A DNA stretch of 64,000 nucleotides, from positions 1 to 64,000 of IMG/VR virus record IMGVR_UViG_3300030060_006882, one strand, 5' to 3'. Source of the stretch: a virus. The translations under genes were made by a program, and so were the position numbers. The notes beneath the pieces are model-generated. The model searched no databases, was not told the DNA's origin, and saw only the letters and a list, made by a program, of their open reading frames with translations. This document shows positions 45,966 through 55,608 of the stretch, in pieces (positions within the stretch are counted from its first letter, which is position 1; the number at the start of each line of letters is the position of its first letter).

Positions 45966-46916
45966 TCATCTCCAATATTCTTTCACTTTACATATTATAT
46001 AGTCTGTTTCATCAGATGTCAACATGTGATGTAGAGGAATTGATATAGTCTCCTTAGAGGGTATTGTTACCTTTTCATTGAAGAAATATTCTTCTTGAGT
46101 AGGATTACATTCAGAAAATATAGGATTTAGATGTTGTGGTGTATAATGAATTCCACAAACAATTCCTTTATTTTTAAAATATTCCAATGCATCTGTATTG
46201 TCTTTCACATTTATTCTATACAGATGTCTACTTGTGTTATGTAGTCCTAACTCTTTATTGTATTTTTCTCTAACCTCATCTATTTTTTCGTATTTGCTAT
46301 CGAGATTTTTTAGATTTCTAGAAGCAATAGTGGCTTGCATAGTAGACATGTAAGCCTTGAATCCAACTTGCTTCTGGACTCGGTTCCAAGAATCATCTGA
46401 ATAATCCATACCATAAAAAGAAAGGCTCTTCAAGTCATCAATCTTTTTTTTGTCATCAGAAACAACAATACCACCATCCAAAGACGAGAGAGGTTTTGTT
46501 GGATAAAAAGAAAATACCATTAGACCATTTCCAAACTTATGATCCCACAGATGATTCCTATATTGATCTCTGTCAAGTTGCTGTGCAGAGTCAATAACTC
46601 CATCACATAATTTGTATGCACCACCAACCCAGTCTGTATTAGAATTAAATTCTATGTTGACACCAGCATCAACCAATGCATTAGGAACCACAGGAGGGAT
46701 CATAGATGGAATTGTCATATTATCTGGAGTTATACAAACACTACTCTTCATTATTGCATAAAGTGCATATGAAGCACTAAAAAATGAAGCAGCGTATTTT
46801 GCACCAACATACTCGCAAATTTCTTGTTCAAAATCTTTTACAATTTGTCCATGAAGTAGGTGATCAAACTCAGAGGTATCTATTGTGTGGTTATCGAACT
46901 CAAATAAATTAATCAC
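45966..46916 (-). CDS. DegT/DnrJ/EryC1/StrS aminotransferase
   Basis: IDSAQ, FSFYPTKPL...DGG, GIHYTP, ISIPLH. Confidence 0.85.
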   Translation of the reverse strand: MINLFEFDNHTIDTSEFDHLLHGQIVKDFEQEICEYVGAKYAASFFSASYALYAIMKSSVCITPDNMTIPSMIPPVVPNALVDAGVNIEFNSNTDWVGGAYKLCDGVIDSAQQLDRDQYRNHLWDHKFGNGLMVFSFYPTKPLSSLDGGIVVSDDKKKIDDLKSLSFYGMDYSDDSWNRVQKQVGFKAYMSTMQATIASRNLKNLDSKYEKIDEVREKYNKELGLHNTSRHLYRINVKDNTDALEYFKNKGIVCGIHYTPQHLNPIFSECNPTQEEYFFNEKVTIPSKETISIPLHHMLTSDETDYIICKVKEYWR

Positions 46917-47691
46917 TAGTAAATTCCATCAAACAAATCCAAGTGTAGTCAAGAAGTTCATTAATAATCGTATCATCATTAAAATAATTAAATTCAAAAT
47001 GTGGTTCTGGTGTTTTATAGTTGTCTCCAGAATCACCCCATCTAGTCACATCAATTTTATATATTGGAGATAGTTCTTCGTAATGAATAATTGCATTTTC
47101 AAGACTAGACTTTACATCATCATCGAAAACATGCCATTGTCTATTTCCAGCTATATCAATAACATATTTATCGGACTCTAGAATTTTTTTAGGAGTAATA
47201 CAATCACCCTGATTTGGTGGATAATTATCCTCATCTATTACATATTTAAAACTTGAATTTGATATAAAATCTATTCTTGTATTAAAATCTACATGATCAT
47301 CCAAAAAAAGAAGAGTATTTTCGGAGTTGTACTCCGGATTTTTTTCGAAGAAATCAACCCAATCATATTTTGTAATGTCATGGTGATAATAATCAACTTT
47401 ATCTGATATAAAACGTCTCCAACCCAAAGCGATATCAAAAGAAATAATTTTAGCATCAGGACAGACTTTCTCCATGAACCAAGTTCCTTGTCCGTGCCAA
47501 ATACCACTTTCCACAATAAGTTTAGGATTTAATTTTTTTAATACTAGATATAAGTTAAACAAGTGAGGGATTTTCATACCTCCTTGATTATTTCTAATCG
47601 GTCTTTCTTTATATAAAGATAAAAAATCATTCATAAAATCAATTTTTTCTTCGGTTGTAAAATCTATAATTTTTTTATCTAATATTTTCAT
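46909..47691 (-). CDS. Methyltransferase-like glycan-modification protein
   Basis: PKLIVESGIWHGQGTW, IISFD, LLFLDDH. Confidence 0.55.
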   Translation of the reverse strand: MKILDKKIIDFTTEEKIDFMNDFLSLYKERPIRNNQGGMKIPHLFNLYLVLKKLNPKLIVESGIWHGQGTWFMEKVCPDAKIISFDIALGWRRFISDKVDYYHHDITKYDWVDFFEKNPEYNSENTLLFLDDHVDFNTRIDFISNSSFKYVIDEDNYPPNQGDCITPKKILESDKYVIDIAGNRQWHVFDDDVKSSLENAIIHYEELSPIYKIDVTRWGDSGDNYKTPEPHFEFNYFNDDTIINELLDYTWICLMEFTSD

Positions 47692-47693
47692 GA

Positions 47694-48296
47694 TTAATTC
47701 CTAGTTAATTCTAAATCAAAAACATCTTCATATAAGTTTGTATAGTCAACAGTGTAATTATTATCGGTTATAGTTCTAAACAAGTCATCTGAATTATGAA
47801 AAAACTTGTAGGTCATAATATCATATGCCGCATATTCTTCGGAATAAGATTTATTATTTGTCAATCTAACTCTTTGTATCAGCAATCTTTTGGGTTTTAA
47901 CTTTAATAAAGTCTCCAAAGCTTCATTACCATCTGGAAGCACGTCAAACAATGCATTTGCTACAACCATATCTGTATCTAAAATATCATCTTGTGTAAGA
48001 TCTTTATAATTTAAACAATTAAAATTACCACCCCAAGTAGACTCTGCTAATTGTATTGCGTCAGGAGAATAATCATAACCAATATAATTAATTTTCATTT
48101 TTTCACATAAGTTATGATAAACTCCAGCACCACATCCGACATCAACAACTCGTTTGACATCAGAATAACTTTCAACAACAGCGATAAAATGTATCCAATG
48201 TGGAGGATAATTAGTATTCAGCTCATATATATTTCTCTGTAATTGTTGTTCAAAAGTGGACTTAGACTGTTTCCATGAATCTATGTGTTTGTGCAT
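47694..48296 (-). CDS. Class I SAM-dependent methyltransferase
   Basis: VVDVGCGAG, YIGYDYS. Confidence 0.8.
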   Translation of the reverse strand: MHKHIDSWKQSKSTFEQQLQRNIYELNTNYPPHWIHFIAVVESYSDVKRVVDVGCGAGVYHNLCEKMKINYIGYDYSPDAIQLAESTWGGNFNCLNYKDLTQDDILDTDMVVANALFDVLPDGNEALETLLKLKPKRLLIQRVRLTNNKSYSEEYAAYDIMTYKFFHNSDDLFRTITDNNYTVDYTNLYEDVFDLELTRN

Positions 48297-49168
48297 GAAT
48301 ATTTTTCCAATTGAGAGTCAAACTTTGAAATAAGCTCAGTCATGTTTTCTATTATAGCATCTGGATGTGTTTCTGTAAAGGGTTTTGTGTAACATTCTCC
48401 TCTATACTGAGGTTTAAATTCATGTACACCGAAATACTTTTGTTCTATGACATTTCTATTCTGATTTAACACCCAAGGTAAATAAACTTCATCAAAATAA
48501 TTATCAATGGCATTATCTTTACTTATTTTTGTCTTGTAATAATTTATCTTTTGGTAAACCTGATCAGGAAACACATATGAGTAATGATACATTTTTATGC
48601 CATAGTTGTGGTATAGTGTATTATGATCCAGATGCTTTTCCGGCCAGGGATTGTCTATCTTATGTGCTATGGTTGGAGGTCTGTGTGTTGCCCAATAAGA
48701 ACCCGGATATACCTTTCGTATTCTCATGAACTCTACATTCTCTTCAAATCCACTCATAGAATTATCGAAACCACCGTAGAAACTACAGCTCTTAAATCCA
48801 ACAGAAGTTGGCTTGTCTGTCTTAAGAATATCAATTAGTTTTTCTATATCTTTAGATTTAAATATTTCATCACAATCAATATTCCAGATGTAATCAGAGT
48901 CATCATTTAAGTACTGCATGTATGCATTGCACTGATCATCCTTCTCTTTAAATTGACCATGAACTATTTTAATTTTATTATCAGGATCAGGAAAGTTATC
49001 AAGAATATCATTTGTTCCATCAGTTGATGTAGTATAACCCTGCTCTTGCCAGTACTGTACAGGTCCTTCTGAAATCAGAATTTGACTTGCATATGGGTAT
49101 ATCGACTTTAGACATTCTTCAAGAACGTAATTACCATTGAATATTATCATTCCTACTGCTAAGTTCAT
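48281..49168 (-). CDS. GT2-like glycosyltransferase
   Basis: ISEG......STDGT, WNIDCDE, MYHYSYV. Confidence 0.8.
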   Translation of the reverse strand: MNLAVGMIIFNGNYVLEECLKSIYPYASQILISEGPVQYWQEQGYTTSTDGTNDILDNFPDPDNKIKIVHGQFKEKDDQCNAYMQYLNDDSDYIWNIDCDEIFKSKDIEKLIDILKTDKPTSVGFKSCSFYGGFDNSMSGFEENVEFMRIRKVYPGSYWATHRPPTIAHKIDNPWPEKHLDHNTLYHNYGIKMYHYSYVFPDQVYQKINYYKTKISKDNAIDNYFDEVYLPWVLNQNRNVIEQKYFGVHEFKPQYRGECYTKPFTETHPDAIIENMTELISKFDSQLEKYSCTNT

Positions 49169-50055
49169 AACGAATACTTCTCTCTTGTTAAAATTAATTT
49201 ATTAAAATAATCATCATATAGGTCTACAACACCCGGATGAATTTTAACATAAGGTCCCCACTCACCCTGTCTGTCCATACTATAAGTACAAGCTTCATAA
49301 TTTGGACTAAAATGGCTAAAGTGATTAAAAACTAAATCTTGTTCTATACTAGTCCCCGCATCCAAAACATTACCCAACAGTGTGAAATTCCAAGGAGCAC
49401 CATTACCTACAGTCAAACATAAGTTTTGAATGTTATCCTCACCAAACTCATCTCCAAACAATTCAAGGTATTTTTGATCCCAACAAGCACCAAATATTTG
49501 TGAATATTTATTGTCCGAATAGATACAACAATCTCTCCAAAAGTTCAAACAATCATTACCTACAGAATCATTCTTAAAATAAACAACACCTACATTATAA
49601 TAGCCTGGATTTCTAGTTGTTTTATCTAGTCTAATATGTTTATGTGTTATTAAACCAACACTCTTTTCCATTGTATTGAATATTAGATTTACATCTCTAT
49701 AAAATAGAATATCAGAGTCGATGTAAAGAACATCTTTACAGTCTACATTGTTCATAATATGGTGCGTAAAAAAAGAGGATAGCATAAAATGGAATGCACT
49801 ATGTCCTTTTTTAGTCTCTTCTTCACTGGAAGTGTTATTTACTTTTAACTTTTCAAAATCTTCACCCTCAAGATCATCTAGAGTGTAGATTACAATATTA
49901 TCTTTATTTAACTCTTCCAATTTTTTCTTGGTATCAGAGTCCATTGCCAGATAATGTAAAGTAAAATCACAACTTGCAGTTTCACTCAAAGAGTCATATA
50001 GAGCCAAACCACAACTTAAATAATTATTATCACTTAGAGTTAATAGATGTTTCAT
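49165..50055 (-). CDS. GT-A glycosyltransferase
   Basis: D.NYL..GLALY.SL, YIDSDILF, YNVGVV, WDQKYL, APWN, HFSHF. Confidence 0.75.
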   Translation of the reverse strand: MKHLLTLSDNNYLSCGLALYDSLSETASCDFTLHYLAMDSDTKKKLEELNKDNIVIYTLDDLEGEDFEKLKVNNTSSEEETKKGHSAFHFMLSSFFTHHIMNNVDCKDVLYIDSDILFYRDVNLIFNTMEKSVGLITHKHIRLDKTTRNPGYYNVGVVYFKNDSVGNDCLNFWRDCCIYSDNKYSQIFGACWDQKYLELFGDEFGEDNIQNLCLTVGNGAPWNFTLLGNVLDAGTSIEQDLVFNHFSHFSPNYEACTYSMDRQGEWGPYVKIHPGVVDLYDDYFNKLILTREKYSL

Positions 50056-50678
50056 GTGTCTGATTTGATGTAAAAAGCATCACCCCAAGTTTGTCCCGCC
50101 CAACTAGTTTCTTTCCTCTCGAATCCAAAATCTCTTAAAAAAGAATCTAGTTCATCAACTCTTGCACAATTCTCATACAACTCATCTCGATTAACTTCAG
50201 CTATAATATAATCAATGTTATTTAAAGTTTCCATTGATCCTTTAAATACTTCTAACTCATATCCCTGAACGTCTATATTAATTAGATTAAAATCATTTAA
50301 GTTTTTGTCTTTCATGAAGTTGTCTAATGTTGTAACCTGTACAGTTTCGTTTCCATTAAAAACTATGTGAGGATACTGTTTAGTGTGTAGTGATGGTTTG
50401 AGTAGAGAGGAAGACTGTCCCATATTTGCAGTTTCTGTGTACATTTTCATTTCTGATTCGGATGAACCCAATGCAATATTAACACAATCATAGTTATGTT
50501 TTGAAACATTAAGTTCACATACAGAAAAACTACTCTTCATTGGTTCAAAGAAAATTGCATTTTCAACTTTTAAATTATGATATAAACTAGACTCTTCTCC
50601 AAAGTGTCCTCCAATATGGAGAATCCCTTTTATATTCATATCATAAAATTCATTCAATTTATATAAGTCAAGTAACAT
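50052..50678 (-). CDS. FkbM-family methyltransferase
   Basis: ILHIGGH.GEE, FFEP, SSSLLKP, NIDVQGYELEV, WGDAFY. Confidence 0.88.
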   Translation of the reverse strand: MLLDLYKLNEFYDMNIKGILHIGGHFGEESSLYHNLKVENAIFFEPMKSSFSVCELNVSKHNYDCVNIALGSSESEMKMYTETANMGQSSSLLKPSLHTKQYPHIVFNGNETVQVTTLDNFMKDKNLNDFNLINIDVQGYELEVFKGSMETLNNIDYIIAEVNRDELYENCARVDELDSFLRDFGFERKETSWAGQTWGDAFYIKSDT

Positions 50679-50679
50679 A

Positions 50680-51531
50680 TTAGCCTCTCAGATAATTAAT
50701 ATTCATATAATCTTCTATTGTTCTAAATTTCTGAACCAATTCGAAGTTTTCTTTTATAGCATCCATTTTACTTTCATAATATTCTGGTGTCAAGTTATTT
50801 ACTACGTCTAATATTTCTTCATTACTCTTATCGTTTATAAAAATAACACCATCAGTATTAAAATACTTTCCTAGATCAGTAGCACCCAAATATATTGGTA
50901 TGGTTCCTGTTGCAAAACAGTTCATTAATTTTTCAGTAAAATACCACTTATCTATATAATTCTCTAATACTATACTGTATCTATAGTCATGTAGACTGTG
51001 GTATATTTTACCTTCTCCTGTAGGAGAAGCACATCCTATTGTCACAACAACTGAATCTGTATTATCTTTTAAATAGTTTGCCAACTGCAATCTAAATTTA
51101 TGAAGATCATTCATCTCTTTGGTGGAGGAGACCATAGAAATCATCTTTGATTTATTGTGTAGTTTAATTTCACCTCCACCATATGCTCCAACCCAAATAC
51201 CACCTCCCGGAACCCATTTACACTTATCTGGATAAGTTTCAACTAAATATGAATTTGGAGTAAACACCACCTTAAATTTATTGAGGTTCTTTTCTAGATA
51301 ATCATAAACCTGTGGTATCAATCCTCTTGATTCATAAAGCAATGCATACCCAGGCACATGTTCTGTTAATGGATTTGCAACATCAAAGTTAACAAAAAAA
51401 GTTTCGTAATTTGGATTATATTTCCAATTCCAATCAAACGTATCTGGAACTTGAGTAGCTACAGCATAATAACCAGGTCCACCCATAGTGGAATCCAAAA
51501 CATTATAAATGTCTTTCAAATTAAAATCCAT
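50680..51531 (-). CDS. GT10 fucosyltransferase-like
   Basis: YRYSIVLENY....YFTEKL.NCFATGTIPIYLG. Confidence 0.82.
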   Translation of the reverse strand: MDFNLKDIYNVLDSTMGGPGYYAVATQVPDTFDWNWKYNPNYETFFVNFDVANPLTEHVPGYALLYESRGLIPQVYDYLEKNLNKFKVVFTPNSYLVETYPDKCKWVPGGGIWVGAYGGGEIKLHNKSKMISMVSSTKEMNDLHKFRLQLANYLKDNTDSVVVTIGCASPTGEGKIYHSLHDYRYSIVLENYIDKWYFTEKLMNCFATGTIPIYLGATDLGKYFNTDGVIFINDKSNEEILDVVNNLTPEYYESKMDAIKENFELVQKFRTIEDYMNINYLRG

Positions 51532-52283
51532 TCTTTTTCATAAATAGAACCATCATTTCTATATTCTAAAGTATCTCCAAACCACCTCTTTGGTGCTACA
51601 GAAATACCACCACCCAACCAAGCACCCCACCAGCTAAAACTGCTGTTAGATAAAACATGAGCATCACATAAAGTCATTGCACACATATCTTCGTACATAC
51701 TATCTAACCCGGAATATAGATATTCATCACCAAAAGTTTCTTTACACCATCCAATATCATCCGATATAATCAGAGGAGTCTTGTCTTTAAATTCAGATAT
51801 ACCCTGAAGATAATATTCTTTACTCTGAGGAGGATGACAATCAGAAAGACTCACATAGTCTCCACGTCTAACGTGAACCGACACTAATCCATTTACATCC
51901 AATGAATCAATAAAATCTTGAACTTTGTTTTTTATTTCGTCTTTAAATGTAAATTCTTTTCTTACTATATCTTTGCAATGTGAAAAGTAATCTGAATTTT
52001 GAAAGTAACCGTGTATGTTTGTATTTTCAGGAAGTGCTAATAAAGCACCGCTTTCCATAAAATTTAATTTAGGATTGATCTCAGTTTCGTAGTTTAGATT
52101 AAACATATCACCTAAAACGAATCTTTCGTTATACCCCAACCCACCAATCTCAGTTTCTTCTGAATTTCTTTTTGGTATACCCCACTTCTGGTTTGAGTGT
52201 GTTGCAAAACCAACAAGAGCGGCATACTGAAACATCTGATTGCCAAGTCTACCAAAATATCCAAGTCGTTCAAATGATATCAT
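51516..52283 (-). CDS. GT11 alpha-1,2-fucosyltransferase-like
   Basis: GRLGNQMFQYA, GYFQ, HVRRGDY, SDDI.WC, NSSFSWWGAWL. Confidence 0.9.
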   Translation of the reverse strand: MISFERLGYFGRLGNQMFQYAALVGFATHSNQKWGIPKRNSEETEIGGLGYNERFVLGDMFNLNYETEINPKLNFMESGALLALPENTNIHGYFQNSDYFSHCKDIVRKEFTFKDEIKNKVQDFIDSLDVNGLVSVHVRRGDYVSLSDCHPPQSKEYYLQGISEFKDKTPLIISDDIGWCKETFGDEYLYSGLDSMYEDMCAMTLCDAHVLSNSSFSWWGAWLGGGISVAPKRWFGDTLEYRNDGSIYEKEWILI

Positions 52284-52897
52284 GTTCTAGTCCTAAAGAC
52301 AGAAGTTACAGGATGTTGAGTAAATATTGCATTTCTAGGACAGTCTTGATAAAACATAGGTTTCTCAAAACAATATGCTTTGTAATTACCTAATTGCATT
52401 CCATAGGATTCATCGTAACACTTACCTGTTTCTGCCATATAACGTATGCTATTATAAGACATCTCATTGCAGGTATCTTTATTAATGTAAACTATAGCGT
52501 GTGCGGATGTCATATGTCTGACTCTAAAAATGTCACCATAAATATGTTCAAAGTCAGATCCATTCAGTGTGCTCTCACCAGTCTTTAATCCCCATGCAGA
52601 AGTTCCCAAATAAAATAAATCACTATCATCTGGAATTTCTATCTTAGAATTATACCACTCAGTAATAGCAGCATCATCTTCAAACACAAGACACGGAAAC
52701 TGTGCTTGTGAAACACATTCTCTATGAGCTAAACTACATCCTACAATATAAGAAAAATGAGGAGTTGATTTTATCGCATCAAAAAACTCCCAATCTTCAA
52801 ATCCAAGATCATCTAGCATTTTAGAAATTCTAGCTCTGTGGTCAGAATCCTTCAGTGAAATGACATAAGTTTTAAGTTTTCTGATATCAAGTTCCAT
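52280..52897 (-). CDS. GT25-like glycosyltransferase
   Basis: YVISL....R, GCSLAH, LVFEDDA, YLG, AHAIVY. Confidence 0.75.
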   Translation of the reverse strand: MELDIRKLKTYVISLKDSDHRARISKMLDDLGFEDWEFFDAIKSTPHFSYIVGCSLAHRECVSQAQFPCLVFEDDAAITEWYNSKIEIPDDSDLFYLGTSAWGLKTGESTLNGSDFEHIYGDIFRVRHMTSAHAIVYINKDTCNEMSYNSIRYMAETGKCYDESYGMQLGNYKAYCFEKPMFYQDCPRNAIFTQHPVTSVFRTRT

Positions 52898-53534
52898 ACT
52901 CCATACCCTTCTTACCCTCTACTGTATGTGTACTACCCCAGTACTGCTTACAGTAAACTTTATCATCACCACTATACTCCAATCCAGAATAATGTCTAGG
53001 AATAAAATAATGACTCGGGTAGACATGCAGACCGGAGTCATTACCCATCTCTCCAGCTATCGAAGTGAGGAGCATTGGACCTACAACTCTCCATGCAGTT
53101 AAATTGGGAAGAAGAGCGATCTGATCTGGTGGGTATGTGGATATTCTCTCAATTAGTTTTTTAGCAAGAGGACTATCCTTCTTAGTAGCAAGATATCCAT
53201 TAGACATCAATCCTTTGCGAATCTCTTCATTTTCCCAACAACAAAAGGCATCATTTTCTGTTAGGAAATCATCTAGTGGATTTATACATTCGGAATCGGC
53301 ATCTATAAAAAATCCCCCATGAGTATTCAACAACTCATAGCGTAATATATCAGCTTTACCCGCAAGTTCATTCATAGCATCAAATTGTTTTTGATTAGTC
53401 AATTCTGGCATATTCTCTTCAGTCCAAAGAATATGCTCCCATGAGGGATTCATGTCGATCCAAGTTTGAATTAAAGAATCAGGTCTTTTAGACTGATCGC
53501 CCACCCAAATCTGGTGTATAATTTTTGGTATCAT
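52887..53534 (-). CDS. GT32 (DXD) glycosyltransferase
   Basis: MIPKIIHQIW, ADILRYELL..HGGFFIDAD, GP.LLT. Confidence 0.88.
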   Translation of the reverse strand: MIPKIIHQIWVGDQSKRPDSLIQTWIDMNPSWEHILWTEENMPELTNQKQFDAMNELAGKADILRYELLNTHGGFFIDADSECINPLDDFLTENDAFCCWENEEIRKGLMSNGYLATKKDSPLAKKLIERISTYPPDQIALLPNLTAWRVVGPMLLTSIAGEMGNDSGLHVYPSHYFIPRHYSGLEYSGDDKVYCKQYWGSTHTVEGKKGMEYGT

Positions 53535-53562
53535 AATAAATAAAGTTCACTTTCATAATATA

Positions 53563-53964
53563 CTAATTTCTTCCTATGTGGTATTTAGGGATCAATTCCC
53601 ATTCACCTTTTTCTTTATGTGGGATTATTTTTATCTGAGACATACTAGCTTGTGGTTCTAAATCATCATCTAGTATCTCAAACAATCCCCATTCTTCCAT
53701 CAGTCTACAAATAGTGTTTCTTCTTGCAATATCACTCTCAGAGATGTCACTCTGTAAACCGTCCAGAATGAAAAATTCCTTGAAGTGCAATATTGCATAT
53801 TTACCCCTCTTGTGAAGGATATGACAAGACTGATATAACTTCTTCTCTTTTCTAGAGGAAACACCCATTCTAGTCAATGTTTCACGAACTTTTAAGAAAT
53901 CATCAGGGTTTTTCAATTCGATCTCTATGCCGAGACCATCAAATACGTCATTATCTTCTACCAT
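53563..53964 (-). CDS. regA: Translational repressor RegA
   Basis: DDFLKVRETLTRMGVSSRK...LYQSCHILHKRGKY..HFKE, RRNTI..L..WGL, W.L.PKY.IG. Confidence 0.95.
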   Translation of the reverse strand: MVEDNDVFDGLGIEIELKNPDDFLKVRETLTRMGVSSRKEKKLYQSCHILHKRGKYAILHFKEFFILDGLQSDISESDIARRNTICRLMEEWGLFEILDDDLEPQASMSQIKIIPHKEKGEWELIPKYHIGRN

Positions 53965-54015
53965 ATATAAGTCCCTTAAACTAAGCAAGGCTCTTATATT
54001 TAGTAAAAAGGAGGT

Positions 54016-54396
54016 CTAACCCCCCTTACCACCCCTAGAATAGTTCTCTTTCAGAGCTTTGATTCCTTCTTTACCTAGAACTTCAATAGCCTCCTTTGCC
54101 TTTTTATTGGAGTAATCGAAGTGCTCCTTTATAAACTCTAAATCATCAGAAGACTCCTGTTTCATCCATCTACTAAACCTCTTCCTTTTTCTGACTGAGT
54201 TTAAGAAATAATCATATTGCAGCTTATTATCAACATGAGCATTCCTATTCATTTCATTTGCATAAAGGATAGTATCTGTGAAATAAGAAAGACATCTATT
54301 GACAATAAACGGAGTATACAACTTCTCCGATTTATTGTCAGTTATCAGATTTTTCTTATTGTCGTTTATGGAATTCAGAAAATCTTTAAGTTGCAT
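54016..54396 (-). CDS. gp62: Clamp loader small subunit (gp62); start moved to ATG 54396
   Basis: LKDFLNSIN..K, YTPFIVNRCLS...DT...ANEMN, QYDYFLNSVRKRKRF. Confidence 0.92.
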   Translation of the reverse strand: MQLKDFLNSINDNKKNLITDNKSEKLYTPFIVNRCLSYFTDTILYANEMNRNAHVDNKLQYDYFLNSVRKRKRFSRWMKQESSDDLEFIKEHFDYSNKKAKEAIEVLGKEGIKALKENYSRGGKGG

Positions 54397-54676
54397 CCCG
54401 TACCGCCAATAACTCGTTCCCTGGCACCAGATCAAGAACCAAATCTCCAGTTTTGAAGTGTCCTGATGCAGAATTGAGCTTCCAGCAAACCCAGTCACCT
54501 TCTTTAATATCAACTGTGACATAAGGTCCCACCGAATATACCTCACTCCACACCACTAGAGTTTCATCTAATTGACTGTCATTATAGATAATACCTTCAG
54601 TTGTTGTTTTCTCTTCTTTTTGAAGATTGGTTCTCAACGCAACCACATTTCCAATAGCATTAAATTTTTTACTCAT
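54386..54676 (-). CDS. GroES-like co-chaperonin
   Basis: AIGNVVAL......EKTTTEGII mobile loop, VYSVGP....IKEGD.V, ELLAV; ATGA coupling to the gp44 stop. Confidence 0.7.
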   Translation of the reverse strand: MSKKFNAIGNVVALRTNLQKEEKTTTEGIIYNDSQLDETLVVWSEVYSVGPYVTVDIKEGDWVCWKLNSASGHFKTGDLVLDLVPGNELLAVRDAT

Positions 54677-55608
54677 TTGAATTCGCACCTCATCATTAGT
54701 TCTACTATACATGCTACAAAATTAATTTCCTGATCGGCAACAAAAGCCGACTTATACTGATACTCTGCAATGATTAAAATTGCATCTGGAATAGAATTCT
54801 TTTCCAAGTTATCTGAAAGTGAATCATACATCTTACGGAAAAGCTCTGGAGGTGAGTTATCGAGATTAGAAACAATCCACTTCCTAGCATCTGTAAAATT
54901 CTTATCCTTCATTGCAGAGATCAAATCTTGAATACGAATCTTATCGTAGTCAGATAAGATTCCAACATCAATAGTACCTGAAACAGAATATCTTTGAATC
55001 TCATTGATAACTCTGCGAAAATCAGGAAAGTGTCTCAAGATTAACTTAGCAAGAACCTTTTCTTCATACTGAATGTTTTCCTGCTCTAAGATAAACGCCA
55101 ATCTAGATAGGAATCTCTTAGCCATTCCTGGCTTTTCTTCTGATGGAATCGAGAATTCTATGTTAGTACATCTAGAGTGGATAGGTGCGATGATTCTGTT
55201 CTTGTAATTGCAGGTGATAATAAATCTACAATTCTTAGAAAACTCTTCGATTGCACCACGTAATGCTGGTTGAATTGAATTTGCATTTGAATAATCAAAC
55301 TCATCCAGAATAACAACTTTAGTATTCCCATTAAGAGAAACTGTGCTTGCAAAGGATCTGATCTTTGTTCTAAGAGTATCGATATTACCATCTTCAGAAC
55401 AGTTTATCACAATACTCTCTGCATCTAAATCAGAACACAATGCTTTCGCTACACTTGTCTTACCAGTTCCTGCGGGACCACAAAGAAGTAGATTTTGAGG
55501 AGTTCCCTCTTTAACCATTTCTTCGAAAGTGTCATTTAGATTTTTTGGTAAAATACATTCACTGATCGTCTTTGGACGATACTTTTCTACATACAAATCC
55601 ATATTCAA
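54673..55608 (-). CDS. gp44: Clamp loader AAA+ subunit (gp44)
   Basis: VEKYRP, GPAGTGKT, ILDEFD, SRC, FPDFRR, DQEIN. Confidence 0.95.
   Translation of the reverse strand: MNMDLYVEKYRPKTISECILPKNLNDTFEEMVKEGTPQNLLLCGPAGTGKTSVAKALCSDLDAESIVINCSEDGNIDTLRTKIRSFASTVSLNGNTKVVILDEFDYSNANSIQPALRGAIEEFSKNCRFIITCNYKNRIIAPIHSRCTNIEFSIPSEEKPGMAKRFLSRLAFILEQENIQYEEKVLAKLILRHFPDFRRVINEIQRYSVSGTIDVGILSDYDKIRIQDLISAMKDKNFTDARKWIVSNLDNSPPELFRKMYDSLSDNLEKNSIPDAILIIAEYQYKSAFVADQEINFVACIVELMMRCEFK

Noticed and set aside
54397..54546. Long N-terminus of gp62 in the ORF track
   Set aside because: It lies within the GroES-like gene; gp62 similarity starts at MQLKDFLNSIN.
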